From Polyangiaceae bacterium (GTDB lineage Bacteria > Myxococcota_A > Polyangia > Polyangiales > Polyangiaceae), in NCBI GenBank assembly GCA_965222375.1, contig CBDCTZ010000009.1, forward strand, positions 350,662 to 414,661: 64,000 bases of DNA, given 5' to 3'. A program made the translations under genes and the position numbers. The notes under the pieces were generated by a model that was not told where the DNA came from, did no database searches, and saw nothing but the letters and a program-made list of their open reading frames with translations. Positions 39,901 through 49,815 of the stretch are shown one piece after another (position 1 is the first letter of the stretch; each line of letters begins with the position of its first letter).

Positions 39901-41409
39901 GTGAGGAAACGGAGCTTCGTGGCATGGGTGGTTGCGGCAAGCTTGTCGGCAACGCTGGCGCGCGCCCAGCCCGCGGGCGCTCCAGCACCCGAAGCCGAGC
40001 CGAAGTTCAACCTGGAGCAGCGGGTCGAGCGCCAGGAGGAAGAGCTGAAGAAGCAACGCGCAGAGCTCGAGAAACAGAAGGCGGAGCTGGCAGCGCAGCT
40101 AGAGCAGCTGAAGGGAACGCGGCAACGAAGTAGTAGCGATCCGGGCGTCGGCGAGGCTGCAGCCGGAGCGGACGAGCCCGAGGCAGACGCGGACGCGTTG
40201 GTGGCCGAGCTAGCTCAGGACGTGGACGCGACCGCCTACGAGAAGCCTCGGCTCCTGAACATCTACGGCTACCTCGATGTGGGCTTCGAGAAGTTCTTCA
40301 TCCCCAAGTCTTCTTTCTTGCACGGGGTCGTGCCGACTCGGGCGTCCACTTTCGTGCTCGGCAACGCGAACGTGTTCTTCGATGCTCAGGTGCGTGGCGC
40401 CTGGCGCGGCATGTTGGAGCTGCGATTCACCAATGTCCCACACGGCAACGATCGCAGCCTGGGGACAGGAACTGGAGGCGGGTATGCGCGAGTGGATCGG
40501 CGCGTGCTCGACACGACCAGCCCCAATGGTCGCAACAGCGTCCTACTAGGTGCTGTGATCATCGAGCGCGCCTGGATCAACTACTCGGCGGCCGACGAGT
40601 TCAACGTCAAGGCGGGCTACTTCTTCACGCCCTGGGGGATCTGGAATATCGATCACGGCACGCCGACGCTGATCTCACTGGTGCTGCCGGATGCGCAAGT
40701 TGCAGAGATGTATCCGTTGCGCCAAACCGGTGTGCAGGCGCACGGCACCTTCCTGATGCCGCCAGCGGAGCTCGGCTACCATCTGTTCGTGTCCAATGGT
40801 CGTACCGTCGGCCAGACCGATGTGACTGAGAACAAGGCAGTTGGTGGGCGCATCTTCTATGGCACGAACAACCCGGGCTTCGAGTGGAAAGTCGGCGCGT
40901 CCGGCTACTATGGGACGTACGAAGATTTCGTGAAGCGCTTGGTGAGCGTGGACCCGTTCACGGTCGAGGTAGACAAGACCGTGGAGGCGGAAGAATGGGC
41001 GGCTGGGCTAGATCTTTCGGTAACGGCCGACGCTTTTCGTTTTCGGAGCGAGGCCGTCGTTCACCGCACCACCTTCGAAGAAGGCAAGCGGCCGCCACCG
41101 GCATTTGGCAACCCAACGACTCTGTCGCCAGATTTCTACGAGTGGGATGCCTACATGCTGGGCGCCTACCGCTTGCCGTGGCTTGGGCTCGAGCCATATT
41201 TGTGGCTTGAATTCATCCACCGACCCGCCTTCGTCGGCGATACGGTGATTCTGCCTTCTGCGGGCCTGAACGTGTATTTTGAGCCAGAAGTTCAACTAAA
41301 AATTCAATATGCGCGGACCTATTTCGTCGATCTAGACGTCGACGAGGATCGCACGCCTAGCGATAACAATTTCTCCGTCCTCGCCGCACGTCTGGTCTTG
41401 GCTTTCTGA
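39901..41409 (+). CDS. outer-membrane porin-like protein with N-terminal coiled coil
   Basis: Signal peptide, coiled coil, IYGYLD, IERAWINY, amphipathic strands, terminal Phe. Confidence 0.8.
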   Translation: MRKRSFVAWVVAASLSATLARAQPAGAPAPEAEPKFNLEQRVERQEEELKKQRAELEKQKAELAAQLEQLKGTRQRSSSDPGVGEAAAGADEPEADADALVAELAQDVDATAYEKPRLLNIYGYLDVGFEKFFIPKSSFLHGVVPTRASTFVLGNANVFFDAQVRGAWRGMLELRFTNVPHGNDRSLGTGTGGGYARVDRRVLDTTSPNGRNSVLLGAVIIERAWINYSAADEFNVKAGYFFTPWGIWNIDHGTPTLISLVLPDAQVAEMYPLRQTGVQAHGTFLMPPAELGYHLFVSNGRTVGQTDVTENKAVGGRIFYGTNNPGFEWKVGASGYYGTYEDFVKRLVSVDPFTVEVDKTVEAEEWAAGLDLSVTADAFRFRSEAVVHRTTFEEGKRPPPAFGNPTTLSPDFYEWDAYMLGAYRLPWLGLEPYLWLEFIHRPAFVGDTVILPSAGLNVYFEPEVQLKIQYARTYFVDLDVDEDRTPSDNNFSVLAARLVLAF

Positions 41410-41876
41410 TGCAACGGCGCGCACTTTTTGCAGCATTTCTCGCGGTGACGGCCTTGGTGGTCGACGTGCCGGCGGCTGCGGCCGACGATGACGAGGCGAT
41501 CGCGGTCATCGTGCATCCGAAAGGACCGGCGAAGAAGCTGGACCGTGCCGAGCTGGCGGCGATTTTCAAGACGAAGCGCCGCAAGTGGAAGGGCGGTGGG
41601 CGCATCATCGCACTCAATCTGCCGGCAAAGAGCGGCTCGCGAGTGGCCTTCGACAAGGCCGTGCTCGGCATGAGCCCAAAGCAGGTGGCCCGCTTTTGGA
41701 TCGACCGCCGCGTGCGGGGTGGAGCTCGGCCCCCCAAGCCAGTGCCCAGCCCCGACGTGATGGTCAAGGTCGTGGCAAAGCTCGAGCGCGGGATCGGTTT
41801 CGTGCCTCTGAGCAAAGTGAAGAAGGGGGTGCGGGTGGTTGGCGTCGTTCGCAAAGGCAAGCTGGTGAAGAAGTGA
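41409..41876 (+). CDS. small periplasmic substrate-binding-like protein (PstS-like half)
   Basis: Signal peptide, IAVIVHP, L..IF....W, GIGFVP; overlaps the porin stop codon. Confidence 0.8.
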   Translation: MQRRALFAAFLAVTALVVDVPAAAADDDEAIAVIVHPKGPAKKLDRAELAAIFKTKRRKWKGGGRIIALNLPAKSGSRVAFDKAVLGMSPKQVARFWIDRRVRGGARPPKPVPSPDVMVKVVAKLERGIGFVPLSKVKKGVRVVGVVRKGKLVKK

Positions 41877-41888
41877 TTGGGAACGCAG

Positions 41889-42359
41889 ATGAAGCGTGAG
41901 TTCCTGGGGCTATGCGTGGCGCTCGCGGTGGCGGCGTCGGCGCCGGGCTGTGCGTCAGACGCAGAATGCGATCCAGGTCAGGAGTTGAAGGGTGGCGAGT
42001 GCGTGGTTGCCGCTGCAGGGGGTGCCGATGCTGGCAGCGCTGGTGCGGCGGGGTCTTCCGGCGGCGCTGCGGGCGGCGGCGCAGCTGGAACTGACGCGGG
42101 GGGCGCAGGGGGTACGGACAGCGGCGCGTGCAAGCCCGACGCAGGTGCGGTCAGCATCGGGACCGCCTGCACCGATTCGACGAACCACTCGGACTGCGGT
42201 TGCCCCGCGCACTTCTGCGCGATTCAGCCTGGCCAGACGACGGGGATCTGCACGTTCACCGGATGCAAGGATGCCCCGTCGATTTGCCCGTCTGGTTACA
42301 CTTGCTTGGACCTGTCCGTGTTCGACCCAACGCAGCCCTCGGTTTGCGTTGCGAACTAG
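41889..42359 (+). CDS. Cys-rich lipoprotein
   Basis: Lipobox APGC, Gly/Ala linker, C-terminal Cys-rich module. Confidence 0.8.
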   Translation: MKREFLGLCVALAVAASAPGCASDAECDPGQELKGGECVVAAAGGADAGSAGAAGSSGGAAGGGAAGTDAGGAGGTDSGACKPDAGAVSIGTACTDSTNHSDCGCPAHFCAIQPGQTTGICTFTGCKDAPSICPSGYTCLDLSVFDPTQPSVCVAN

Positions 42360-42480
42360 AGCACCAGCGCGAGATTAGGGCAAGCGGGTGAATCTCTGCG
42401 CTGCCAGTTGCACCAAGGTCCAAGCCGACCCCAAGGCCAAGCTAGATCTTCTCCTAGGTTGCCTGGGCGCCTAGCAGCCC

Positions 42481-42503
42481 GCGATCTGCGAGGGGCGGAT
42501 CGC
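42481..42503. terminator. hairpin between convergent genes
   Basis: GCGATCTGC-GAGGG-GCGGATCGC; no clear U tract. Confidence 0.35.
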
Positions 42504-42543
42504 TCCTGCTGCTTGGCTAGCAACGGCGATGTCAGCTTCGGAA

Positions 42544-42990
42544 CTAGTCCGCCGGCTTTTCCTCCTCCGTCGCCTCGGTCACCAGTGGATGGGCACGGCG
42601 TAGGAGCTCCCCGCCCGCCCGCGTGACGTGCACTCGGTATGTCATGCGCGGCCCAAAGGCCGGTGCCCGGTCGAGCAGGCCAAGGGTCTCAAGCCTGCGC
42701 GCGATTCTCGACGTCGTTGACGGATCTAGGCGCGCAGCCTTCGCGATCTCCCACTGACCCATGGCATCGCTGTACTCATCTTCGAGCCATTGAGCATTCT
42801 GAAGTGCCCAGTATTGAGAGTGCGTCAACCTGAGCACTGCAAGAGCGCGGTCGACGGTGCGGTGCCAAGCCAGCGCGTCTGCCGAGGCGTTGAATCTTGC
42901 GACAATTGCCACGTTGCCGGGCCGCTTGTGTGCGCTTGGGGCGCGGGTGCGCCGCAGCACGTCCTGCGCTTCGAGTTCTTCCCAGTCCAC
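42544..42990 (-). CDS. MarR-family winged-helix regulator (start uncertain, may extend to 43152)
   Basis: LTHSQYWAL, EIAKAARLDPSTTSRIARRLE.LGLLDR, VHVTRAG. Confidence 0.8.
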   Translation of the reverse strand: MDWEELEAQDVLRRTRAPSAHKRPGNVAIVARFNASADALAWHRTVDRALAVLRLTHSQYWALQNAQWLEDEYSDAMGQWEIAKAARLDPSTTSRIARRLETLGLLDRAPAFGPRMTYRVHVTRAGGELLRRAHPLVTEATEEEKPAD

Positions 42991-43161
42991 TGTCGCTCGT
43001 CTCCGCTCGGATCGCCCCTTCGGCCCGTTGCCCCCTCCCGGAGGGCTGGACGACCAAGTCAGGGCAAGGCTTGTGGGTCTCCTCGGCCCGTGGCGCGCTG
43101 AGTTTCCAAGTTTCTTTGGCAGAACTCGGGCTGCGAGCTCGTCGTCTTGCACGGGCGGTTC

Positions 43162-43371
43162 CAGAGTTGCGTCGACAACACTGAATCGCGGTTGAGGAGG
43201 CCCTTCGCGAGGCCGTTTTCAGAGTTGCGTCGACAACACTGAATCGCGGTTGAGGAGGCCCTTCGCGAGGCCGTTTTCAGAGTTGCGTCGACAACACTGA
43301 ATCGCGGTTGAGGAGGCCCTGCGCGAGGCCGTTTTCAGAGTTGCGCAACAAACACTGAACCAGGGTTGAGG
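43162..43371. repeat. 58-bp tandem repeat, about 3.6 copies
   Basis: CAGAGTTGCGTCGACAACACTGAATCGCGGTTGAGGAGGCCCTTCGCGAGGCCGTTTT at 43162, 43220, 43278; degenerate partial copy at 43336. Confidence 0.95.
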
Positions 43372-43410
43372 CGTGGGATGGCGTTGGCGATTTGGGGGAA
43401 CAAGCGGAGC

Positions 43411-43953
43411 CTATGTCCCTGCGATTTCTGACAAGTGCTCGCTGAAGTGCATCGCGTGGGCACGTTCGAGTTGATCGCGGCTGAGTGCGCCGTATGCGAA
43501 ATGAGGCTTCAGTTTGCCGTCGTGTCGGCGAAACTGGTCAATGGCTTCGCGTAGGCGCGCGATGCTCCGGGGAAGGGGGGCATCGATGTCTGCGCGTTTT
43601 GTGCCTGGGATGAGATCCGACAGACCGTGTCGGGTGCCGCTTAGGGACGAGAAGACCCAGTAGGCGGTTGGGCCGACGGATTTGCGAAAGATTGGTGGCT
43701 TCAGGCTGGGGAAGCCGCTCAGGGTCAGTTCGATGCTTTGGGCGCAATGACAGAGAATCGTGGATATGGGCCAAGGGCCGCTGGTAGCCGGATCCTTGGC
43801 GGCCGTGTCGTCCAACCACTGAGTCACCTGATCGAAGTTTGTGTAGAAGGGGTGACTCCGGGAGCGCACGGCGCCCACTGCCGCTCCGGTCACCATGCCC
43901 GCGAAGGAGAGTCCGCCAACGGCAGCCAGCTTGACGAAACCTCTGCGCCGCAT
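43411..43953 (-). CDS. DUF1569 (DinB-like) protein with Tat-like signal
   Basis: MRRRGFVK; HCAQSIE, PHFAYG.L, HAMH..EHL. Confidence 0.85.
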   Translation of the reverse strand: MRRRGFVKLAAVGGLSFAGMVTGAAVGAVRSRSHPFYTNFDQVTQWLDDTAAKDPATSGPWPISTILCHCAQSIELTLSGFPSLKPPIFRKSVGPTAYWVFSSLSGTRHGLSDLIPGTKRADIDAPLPRSIARLREAIDQFRRHDGKLKPHFAYGALSRDQLERAHAMHFSEHLSEIAGT

Positions 43954-44267
43954 TCAGTTCAGCCGATCTGGTGGGACTATACCCCACGAACCACTACCGG
44001 CGTCGGTCGGCGAATTCGTGGGTTTGGGGGTCGCGGGTCTGTAGCGGAATTGGAGCTCTACTCCAGCGTGGCGGCGATCGAGGGCGCTGCTTGAGCGGGA
44101 TGTCGCAACGTCATTGACCCATGTTCGCTTGTGCATCGCCTGAGGCGGCCTCTGAGAAACGCCGTCCCAGCGGCCGCTTCCAGCGAGACCCGTGCCATGT
44201 CCGACATATAGGTGTTTTGGGCACAGAGTGTGCCGTGGGGCGTGTGAACATCATGGAGGTCGGGCTG

Positions 44268-44598
44268 ATGAAACAGGGTTCTCTTTGGAGCTATTGCGAT
44301 TCTGGCGGCGGTTGCTCTGCCCCTGGGCTGCTCAATGACTGCGGACGGTCAGGACCCAGCCGGTGGCACGTCCGCTCGTCGCAGCCGTGGGTCAGCCCTA
44401 TCTAGTTGCCGTCCCCCGGCCCTGCCCACAGATCCGAACGACCACGGCGAGCTGTCCGCCGTCAACGGCGACAATCCCTTCGCGGTCAGCTGCCAGAGCT
44501 CCTGCGGAGGTTCCTCTCCAGATGGCACGTGCTGGTGCGATGACCAGTGCGTCACGAACGGCGACGGCTGCAACGACGTAGCGGCGAGCTGTCAGTGA
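44268..44598 (+). pseudogene. frameshifted lipoprotein with somatomedin-B-like domain
   Basis: RBS GGAGG + MKQG, then LFGAIAILAAVALPLGC in another frame; SCQSSCGG...CWCDDQC...GDGCND....C. Confidence 0.6.
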
Positions 44599-44686
44599 GT
44601 GACCGCGCGGCGCCACCAGTTCGGGCGAGCTGGTGGCGCCGCGGTGCCGACTTGACGTTGCGGACTTCGCGATGTCCTCTCGCTTC

Positions 44687-45400
44687 ATGAGTGAGCATCC
44701 CCTGGCCATGCCGCATGGGCCCATTGACGAGTTTGCGGACGACGTGTTTTGGGTGCGTGGTACGGTGCGCATGGGACCAGGTCTGCGCGTCCCGCGCGTT
44801 ATGACTATCGTGCGCTCCGGTGATGACCTTACGCTGATCTCCGCGGTGCGCTTGTCGACCAAGGCGGAGGCCGAACTCGAGCGCTTGGGCAAGGTCCGTA
44901 ACGTGGTGAAGATCGGCTTCTTCCACGGCATGGACGACGCGTATTGCCTCGAACGATTCGGCGCGGAGTACTGGGCGCTGCCCGGTGGCTCTAGATCCGC
45001 CGAGCCAAACCCCACGCGAGAGCTCACCCCCGACTCCCTGCCGATTCCGGATGCCGAGCTTTTCACTTTCGAAAAGACCTTCAAGAAGGAAGCAGCCCTG
45101 CTCGTCAAACGCGCCGGCGGGATCCTGATCACGTGTGACGCGGTCCAGAATTGGCCCAGCACGGAGGGTTGCAGCCTCCTGGGGAAAGCGGTCACGGCGA
45201 TGATGGGTTTCACCAAACGGCCTGCGAACATCGGCGGACCTTGGCGAAAAGCCATGACTCCCAGAGGCGGCAGCTTGCGAGAGGACTTCGAGCGTTTGGC
45301 GGCCCTCGATTTCAAGCATCTGATTGCTGCGCATAGCGCTCCCTTGAGGGACACCGCCAAGTCCGATCTCGAAGCGACCATCCAGGCAAACTTCGCGTAG
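44687..45400 (+). CDS. DUF4336-like / metallo-beta-lactamase-fold protein
   Basis: RVMTIVR, FHGMDD, LITCDAVQN, LIAAHS. Confidence 0.7.
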   Translation: MSEHPLAMPHGPIDEFADDVFWVRGTVRMGPGLRVPRVMTIVRSGDDLTLISAVRLSTKAEAELERLGKVRNVVKIGFFHGMDDAYCLERFGAEYWALPGGSRSAEPNPTRELTPDSLPIPDAELFTFEKTFKKEAALLVKRAGGILITCDAVQNWPSTEGCSLLGKAVTAMMGFTKRPANIGGPWRKAMTPRGGSLREDFERLAALDFKHLIAAHSAPLRDTAKSDLEATIQANFA

Positions 45401-45619
45401 GTTCGCGCTCTAGCGTCGCGTACCTGGGACGGGCAGCCTCGCGTCCGGTGTTCGCGTCCCGCCCTGACCCGCTGGCATCAAGCTGACGCGCAACCCGATC
45501 GTGATTTCCTCACCGGCAGGGGCTCGATCCGCAGATCGCTCGTTGGCTCGCATTCGAGGGAACAGTGCGGGGCGAGATGCTCGGCACGCTCGTGAGTCTT
45601 CCCGCCGGAGGCGCTGCCG

Positions 45620-46915
45620 CTAGGCGTCTGCGCGCGCGCTCGGGGCGGGCTGCTTGCCGCTAGCCGGCGTCAAGAGCTGCGCGCGGGACGGCTCTATCAC
45701 CTGCCGGATCGCTTCAGCCACGACTGACTCGCTAGCCTCTGCACCCAATCGCCCAAACGCTGATGCCTCGGAGCTTGCAGGAGCATGCGTGGCGCGGTGG
45801 AGACGTGCGATCCCCCGCTCGAAGGCGGCGTCGAGGGCAGCGTGCAGTCCGGGCTCATCTTGCGTGAGTGCCCAGGCAACGAAGCTCCAGCCGAGCTCTG
45901 CGTGGCGGGCCTCGTCCTCGGCGATGCTCGATAGCGCCGCCCGGACACTCGGATCCTCGGTGATCTGCAGTTGGCGTGCTGCAAGCAAGGCACCAGCGGT
46001 CTCGGCGCAGCAAGCTTCTTCGACCACGGCGGCGGCGATCTCCGCGAGCCCCCGACGTGGCGTCACGTCCGAAAGATCGAGGGCGGCGGGTCCCTGTTCC
46101 TTTGCATCGAAGGCGTTGGCCAGCCCGAAGCACAGCCGCCCGTGGCGGACTTCGTCATCTGCGGCAGAGAGGGTCTTGGATAGAAACTCGGCCGGTGCGC
46201 CCAGGGACATCAGCTCCAGGGCGAAGTTCGCGAATGCTGCGATCGAGGCGTGCTCGAGTCTGCCGTCTTGTCGCCAGGCCTGGCCCAGCTCGTCGCGAAG
46301 CGCCCTAGGCAAGACCCGCGCGCGATCAGCCAACGCGGAAAGGTCGGCGTCGGGCTCCGTCCAATCTTGGCCCGGTGCCAAGGCGGCCACGCGCGCTTGG
46401 CCCGCGATGATCAGGGGGCGCCCACAGGGAGCGACGGGCCCGGTGCAGCCCACGTAGCAGCATTGCCTTCCGTCAAACACGGGGCCCTTGCTGGCATAGA
46501 AGCCCTCGCATGCGCCGCTGACGCGATTGCCGGACAGGCAGCCATTGGTGTCCCACTCGTTGGGCGTTGGGCGCACTTGTCCGCCACCGGTGTGGGGCGC
46601 CATGCAGCGGCGGGACGGATGTGCGCAGGTCTTGCTGGGTGTCGGTGGTGGATGCACGGCGACGGCACTTGGGCTAGGTGCGGCTGTTGGCGTGGGTGTT
46701 GGTGCGGGCTGCGGCTCGACCCCAACGAGCTCGGAAGTCGGAGTGGGCGCGGGTGGTTGCGCGAAGGCGGACTGTCCCGTGGGTGGTGGCGCGGGGCGAG
46801 CGGGTTCCGGCGCTGCGGTGCGGTCTGTGGTTTGGCACCCGGCAAGGGCTGCGCCGGCGGCGCCGCTCGCTACCGCAGCCAGCAGCCGCGACCGCAATAC
46901 TAGGGCGAGATTCAT
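45620..46915 (-). CDS. ferritin-like-domain lipoprotein
   Basis: Lipobox LAGC; CCY...CGRP; LEHASIAAF, DEVRH, EACCAET, DEARHAELGW. Confidence 0.85.
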   Translation of the reverse strand: MNLALVLRSRLLAAVASGAAGAALAGCQTTDRTAAPEPARPAPPPTGQSAFAQPPAPTPTSELVGVEPQPAPTPTPTAAPSPSAVAVHPPPTPSKTCAHPSRRCMAPHTGGGQVRPTPNEWDTNGCLSGNRVSGACEGFYASKGPVFDGRQCCYVGCTGPVAPCGRPLIIAGQARVAALAPGQDWTEPDADLSALADRARVLPRALRDELGQAWRQDGRLEHASIAAFANFALELMSLGAPAEFLSKTLSAADDEVRHGRLCFGLANAFDAKEQGPAALDLSDVTPRRGLAEIAAAVVEEACCAETAGALLAARQLQITEDPSVRAALSSIAEDEARHAELGWSFVAWALTQDEPGLHAALDAAFERGIARLHRATHAPASSEASAFGRLGAEASESVVAEAIRQVIEPSRAQLLTPASGKQPAPSARADA

Positions 46916-46972
46916 GGCCCAAGTGTGAGGGGATCCGTCCTCGGCTTCAATCGCGTTCGTGCTCGCGCGCTA

Positions 46973-47551
46973 TCAGGGCCATTGCGCGGTCACCGGGGCG
47001 GTGGATGGGTAGTCGAAATCGACATCCACGCATTCTTGCGGACCCGAGGCTTGGCACTGCTTCAGCTGCGAAGGCGGTGCATCGACCAAGTCCCCGGGCG
47101 TGGCGCACATCCGGGCGGTGTACTTCCCGGGAGGCGCGAAGACCCGCCGAAAGCAGCTAACCGAACCGTTACAAGTACCCTGTTCGAAATGGTGACCGTC
47201 CCACTTCAACTCTCCGCCAGTGATGGCGACGCCGTGCGCCTCTTGGCAGGCGGCGCCGGGGCAGGGCAGCATTTCGCAGGTGTCGCAGGGCGTGTAGCAG
47301 TCGCCGGCGCTCAGGCGCAGGGCTTTGCCGCTCGCGTCCTTGATGCCGGGGCCACCTATCGAGCCGCAGTTGGAAGTCGTGCAGTAGCTTTTCCCGTTGC
47401 CGATTTGGAACACCACGTGGGCGTTGCCCGCTGAAGTGCCGCCGCCGCTACCCGGACTATCGCTGGAGCCACTGCCCCCGCAACCCGCAAAGAGCCCCAA
47501 GCAGGCTGCGGTCAAGATGGCCAAGAGGGCATTGGGTCTAGCTACGGGCAT
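46973..47551 (-). CDS. Cys-rich lipoprotein (paralog 1)
   Basis: Lipobox FAGC; GKSYC, CDTC...PCPG.AC, WDG, PGKY.A.MCATPG, GPQECV. Confidence 0.85.
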   Translation of the reverse strand: MPVARPNALLAILTAACLGLFAGCGGSGSSDSPGSGGGTSAGNAHVVFQIGNGKSYCTTSNCGSIGGPGIKDASGKALRLSAGDCYTPCDTCEMLPCPGAACQEAHGVAITGGELKWDGHHFEQGTCNGSVSCFRRVFAPPGKYTARMCATPGDLVDAPPSQLKQCQASGPQECVDVDFDYPSTAPVTAQWP

Positions 47552-47583
47552 GGGAAACTCCGATGACGCGCTTGGGGTCATGG

Positions 47584-48240
47584 TCAGGGGAGCGAGCCGG
47601 TGATGGGGCTGCTTGACGGAAAGTCGAAGCCGACTTCGACACACTCCTGCGGCCCGCTCGTTTGACATTGCTTGTCTTGCTTGGGTGGCTCATCCACCAA
47701 GGTGCCTGGGGTTGCGCACATCACAGCGACGTATTTACCCGGGGTGGCGAATAGCTTCTGCTTGCACTGAGTCGTGCCTTGGCAAGTGCCATTCTCGAAG
47801 TATGAACCATCCCAAGTGAGTTGCTCACCGGTGAAGTCGATACCGTGCAGTTCACTGCAGGCCAACCCGGGGCAGGGTAGGGCCTCGCAAGTAGCGCAGT
47901 CGGTGTAGCAATAGCCGGGGATCCGACCGAGCACATTCCCCGAGGAGTCTTTGATGGATATCGATGAAAACAATGAGCAATCGTCCGTAGACCTGCAGTA
48001 GCTCTTGCCATTGTCAATTTTGAATTCGAGCTGTGCAGTGCCCGGGGAGCCCGCCGCTCCAGCACTTCCGCCAACGGCGCCGCCGCCACCGGTTCCGCCG
48101 CCCGCGCCACTCCCGGCGCTTGCCCCGGCCCCCGCGGCTCCCCCGGAACCGCCTCCCGCGCCACTACTACTGCACCCAACGGACGCCGCGATGATCAGCA
48201 GGACTAGGTTCGCCACGAGGGTCAGATTGGAGGTGCGCAT
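47584..48240 (-). CDS. Cys-rich lipoprotein (paralog 2)
   Basis: Lipobox SVGC; same motifs as the adjacent paralog; RBS GGAG. Confidence 0.85.
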   Translation of the reverse strand: MRTSNLTLVANLVLLIIAASVGCSSSGAGGGSGGAAGAGASAGSGAGGGTGGGGAVGGSAGAAGSPGTAQLEFKIDNGKSYCRSTDDCSLFSSISIKDSSGNVLGRIPGYCYTDCATCEALPCPGLACSELHGIDFTGEQLTWDGSYFENGTCQGTTQCKQKLFATPGKYVAVMCATPGTLVDEPPKQDKQCQTSGPQECVEVGFDFPSSSPITGSLP

Positions 48241-48465
48241 GGGTCTCCCAGAAAGGGCAATGTCAGGCTGGATTTCCAAGGAAGTTGCAATCCCCATGCC
48301 CAGTTCAGTTCATGGATTGTGGCGGATTTCCAGGCGGGCGGTTGCGCTGTGCCAGAGCCCCGGGTGGCACAGACCGGGCGAGGTTGTCGCGGCGACCGGG
48401 CGAGGCTGTCGCGGCGATATCGTATTTCGTTGCTGCCCGCGGTCCCCAGGCGGCAAACTGCTAGC

Positions 48466-49815
48466 ATGGGAAAATTGGAGTGGGCGACCGCCGCACTTCG
48501 GATGTCGCGCTTGGTCTTGCCGGTGCTGGCGTGCATGGGCTTGGTCGGGGCGTGTTCTGGCGAGAAGGCACCGCGGCGGGGACAGTTGGTCGTCGCGTTC
48601 CAGACGGATCTCTCCATTCCCAAGGACGTCCAGACCCTGGTGGTGAGCATCTATTCGGGCGGAACCAAGGTCTACCATCAGCGCTTCGGGCTGGCTCCCA
48701 GCGGGCAGTTCTTTTTGCCGGGCACGCTGGCAATCGTAGAAGGCGATAAGAAGAACCAGCCGATCACGGTGAGGGTTGCGGGATTGGACGCACAAGACAA
48801 GCCGCAGGTCGTGCGTCAAGCGGTGTCCACAGTGCCGACGGATCGGATCTCTCTATTGCACTTGCCGCTTCAGTTCCTGTGCATCCAGCCGGTGACCGCT
48901 GGCGTCGACATCGATGGAACCGAGTCCTACGACGACGCTTGCACCCAAAAGGACCAGAGCTGCATTGCCGGCGGTTGCGTGCCCGACGAGATCGACGAAC
49001 GGACCTTGCCCACCTTTGCTGGTAGCCTGGTATTTGGCGGCGCCGATGCTCCGGGGCTCGCCGGGGCGAAGTGCCTGGATGTGACACCGTGTTTCGCAGC
49101 AGCACAGGCGGTGACGCCGGACCCCACGGATTGCAGCATTCCTTTGCCAGCACTCGGAGAGGTGCCTGAGGGGCCGGGAGGGCCCGCGGGTGGTGCCGGA
49201 AGTCCGGGCCCAGGAAGCGATACAGCCGCGGCGGGTTCGGCCCGGGCCGAGTCGAACTTCAACATCGGGCTGACGCTGCCACCGGGCAGCCCCGGGATTT
49301 GTGATTCCGCGCGGTGCGTGGTGGCGGTGGACTACGACGGTTTGATCGGGTGGCGGGAGGAAAACGGCCGCGCCATTCTGCCGCGAGCCATTTGCGATAG
49401 GCTGAGCAACGGACAGATTGACGCCGTGGTCACGACTGAAAGCTGCGTCACGAAGACCACAGCGGTACCGACCTGCGGCCCCTGGTCCAACGTTACTAGC
49501 GGCGGCCAGGTCGGGAATGACAGCGGAACGTCACAAGAAACTAGCTTCGACGACCCCTGTCGCGGCTTCGAACCGGGCACCTACTGCGAGAAAGATCTGG
49601 TATCGGACGGCGCGGAAGCGGTCATCGAGTGTGGCAACGAGGTCGCGATTTCCAAGACGCCTTGCAACAGCGGGGAGTTCTGCAATCCGTCCGGGCCGGG
49701 TGGTTTGCCCAGATGCGAGCCTAGTGGAGGCGGACAAGAGGGAGGAGCGCTGGTCGACACCGGAGGCGCCGGCGCAGACACCGGAAACCCGGCCCCCCCG
49801 GATGGTGGCCCCTAG
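48466..49815 (+). CDS. Cys-rich lipoprotein
   Basis: Lipobox VGAC; GQLVVAFQTDLSIPKD N-terminal domain and Cys-rich modules. Confidence 0.8.
   Translation: MGKLEWATAALRMSRLVLPVLACMGLVGACSGEKAPRRGQLVVAFQTDLSIPKDVQTLVVSIYSGGTKVYHQRFGLAPSGQFFLPGTLAIVEGDKKNQPITVRVAGLDAQDKPQVVRQAVSTVPTDRISLLHLPLQFLCIQPVTAGVDIDGTESYDDACTQKDQSCIAGGCVPDEIDERTLPTFAGSLVFGGADAPGLAGAKCLDVTPCFAAAQAVTPDPTDCSIPLPALGEVPEGPGGPAGGAGSPGPGSDTAAAGSARAESNFNIGLTLPPGSPGICDSARCVVAVDYDGLIGWREENGRAILPRAICDRLSNGQIDAVVTTESCVTKTTAVPTCGPWSNVTSGGQVGNDSGTSQETSFDDPCRGFEPGTYCEKDLVSDGAEAVIECGNEVAISKTPCNSGEFCNPSGPGGLPRCEPSGGGQEGGALVDTGGAGADTGNPAPPDGGP

Noticed and set aside
42356..42547. Six CTAG tetramers in ~190 bp
   Set aside because: Two are stop-codon contexts, spacing is irregular, and significance cannot be judged without genome-wide counts.
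43162..43371. CRISPR array
   Set aside because: Whole 58-bp units are near-identical with no unique spacers, and there are no cas genes.
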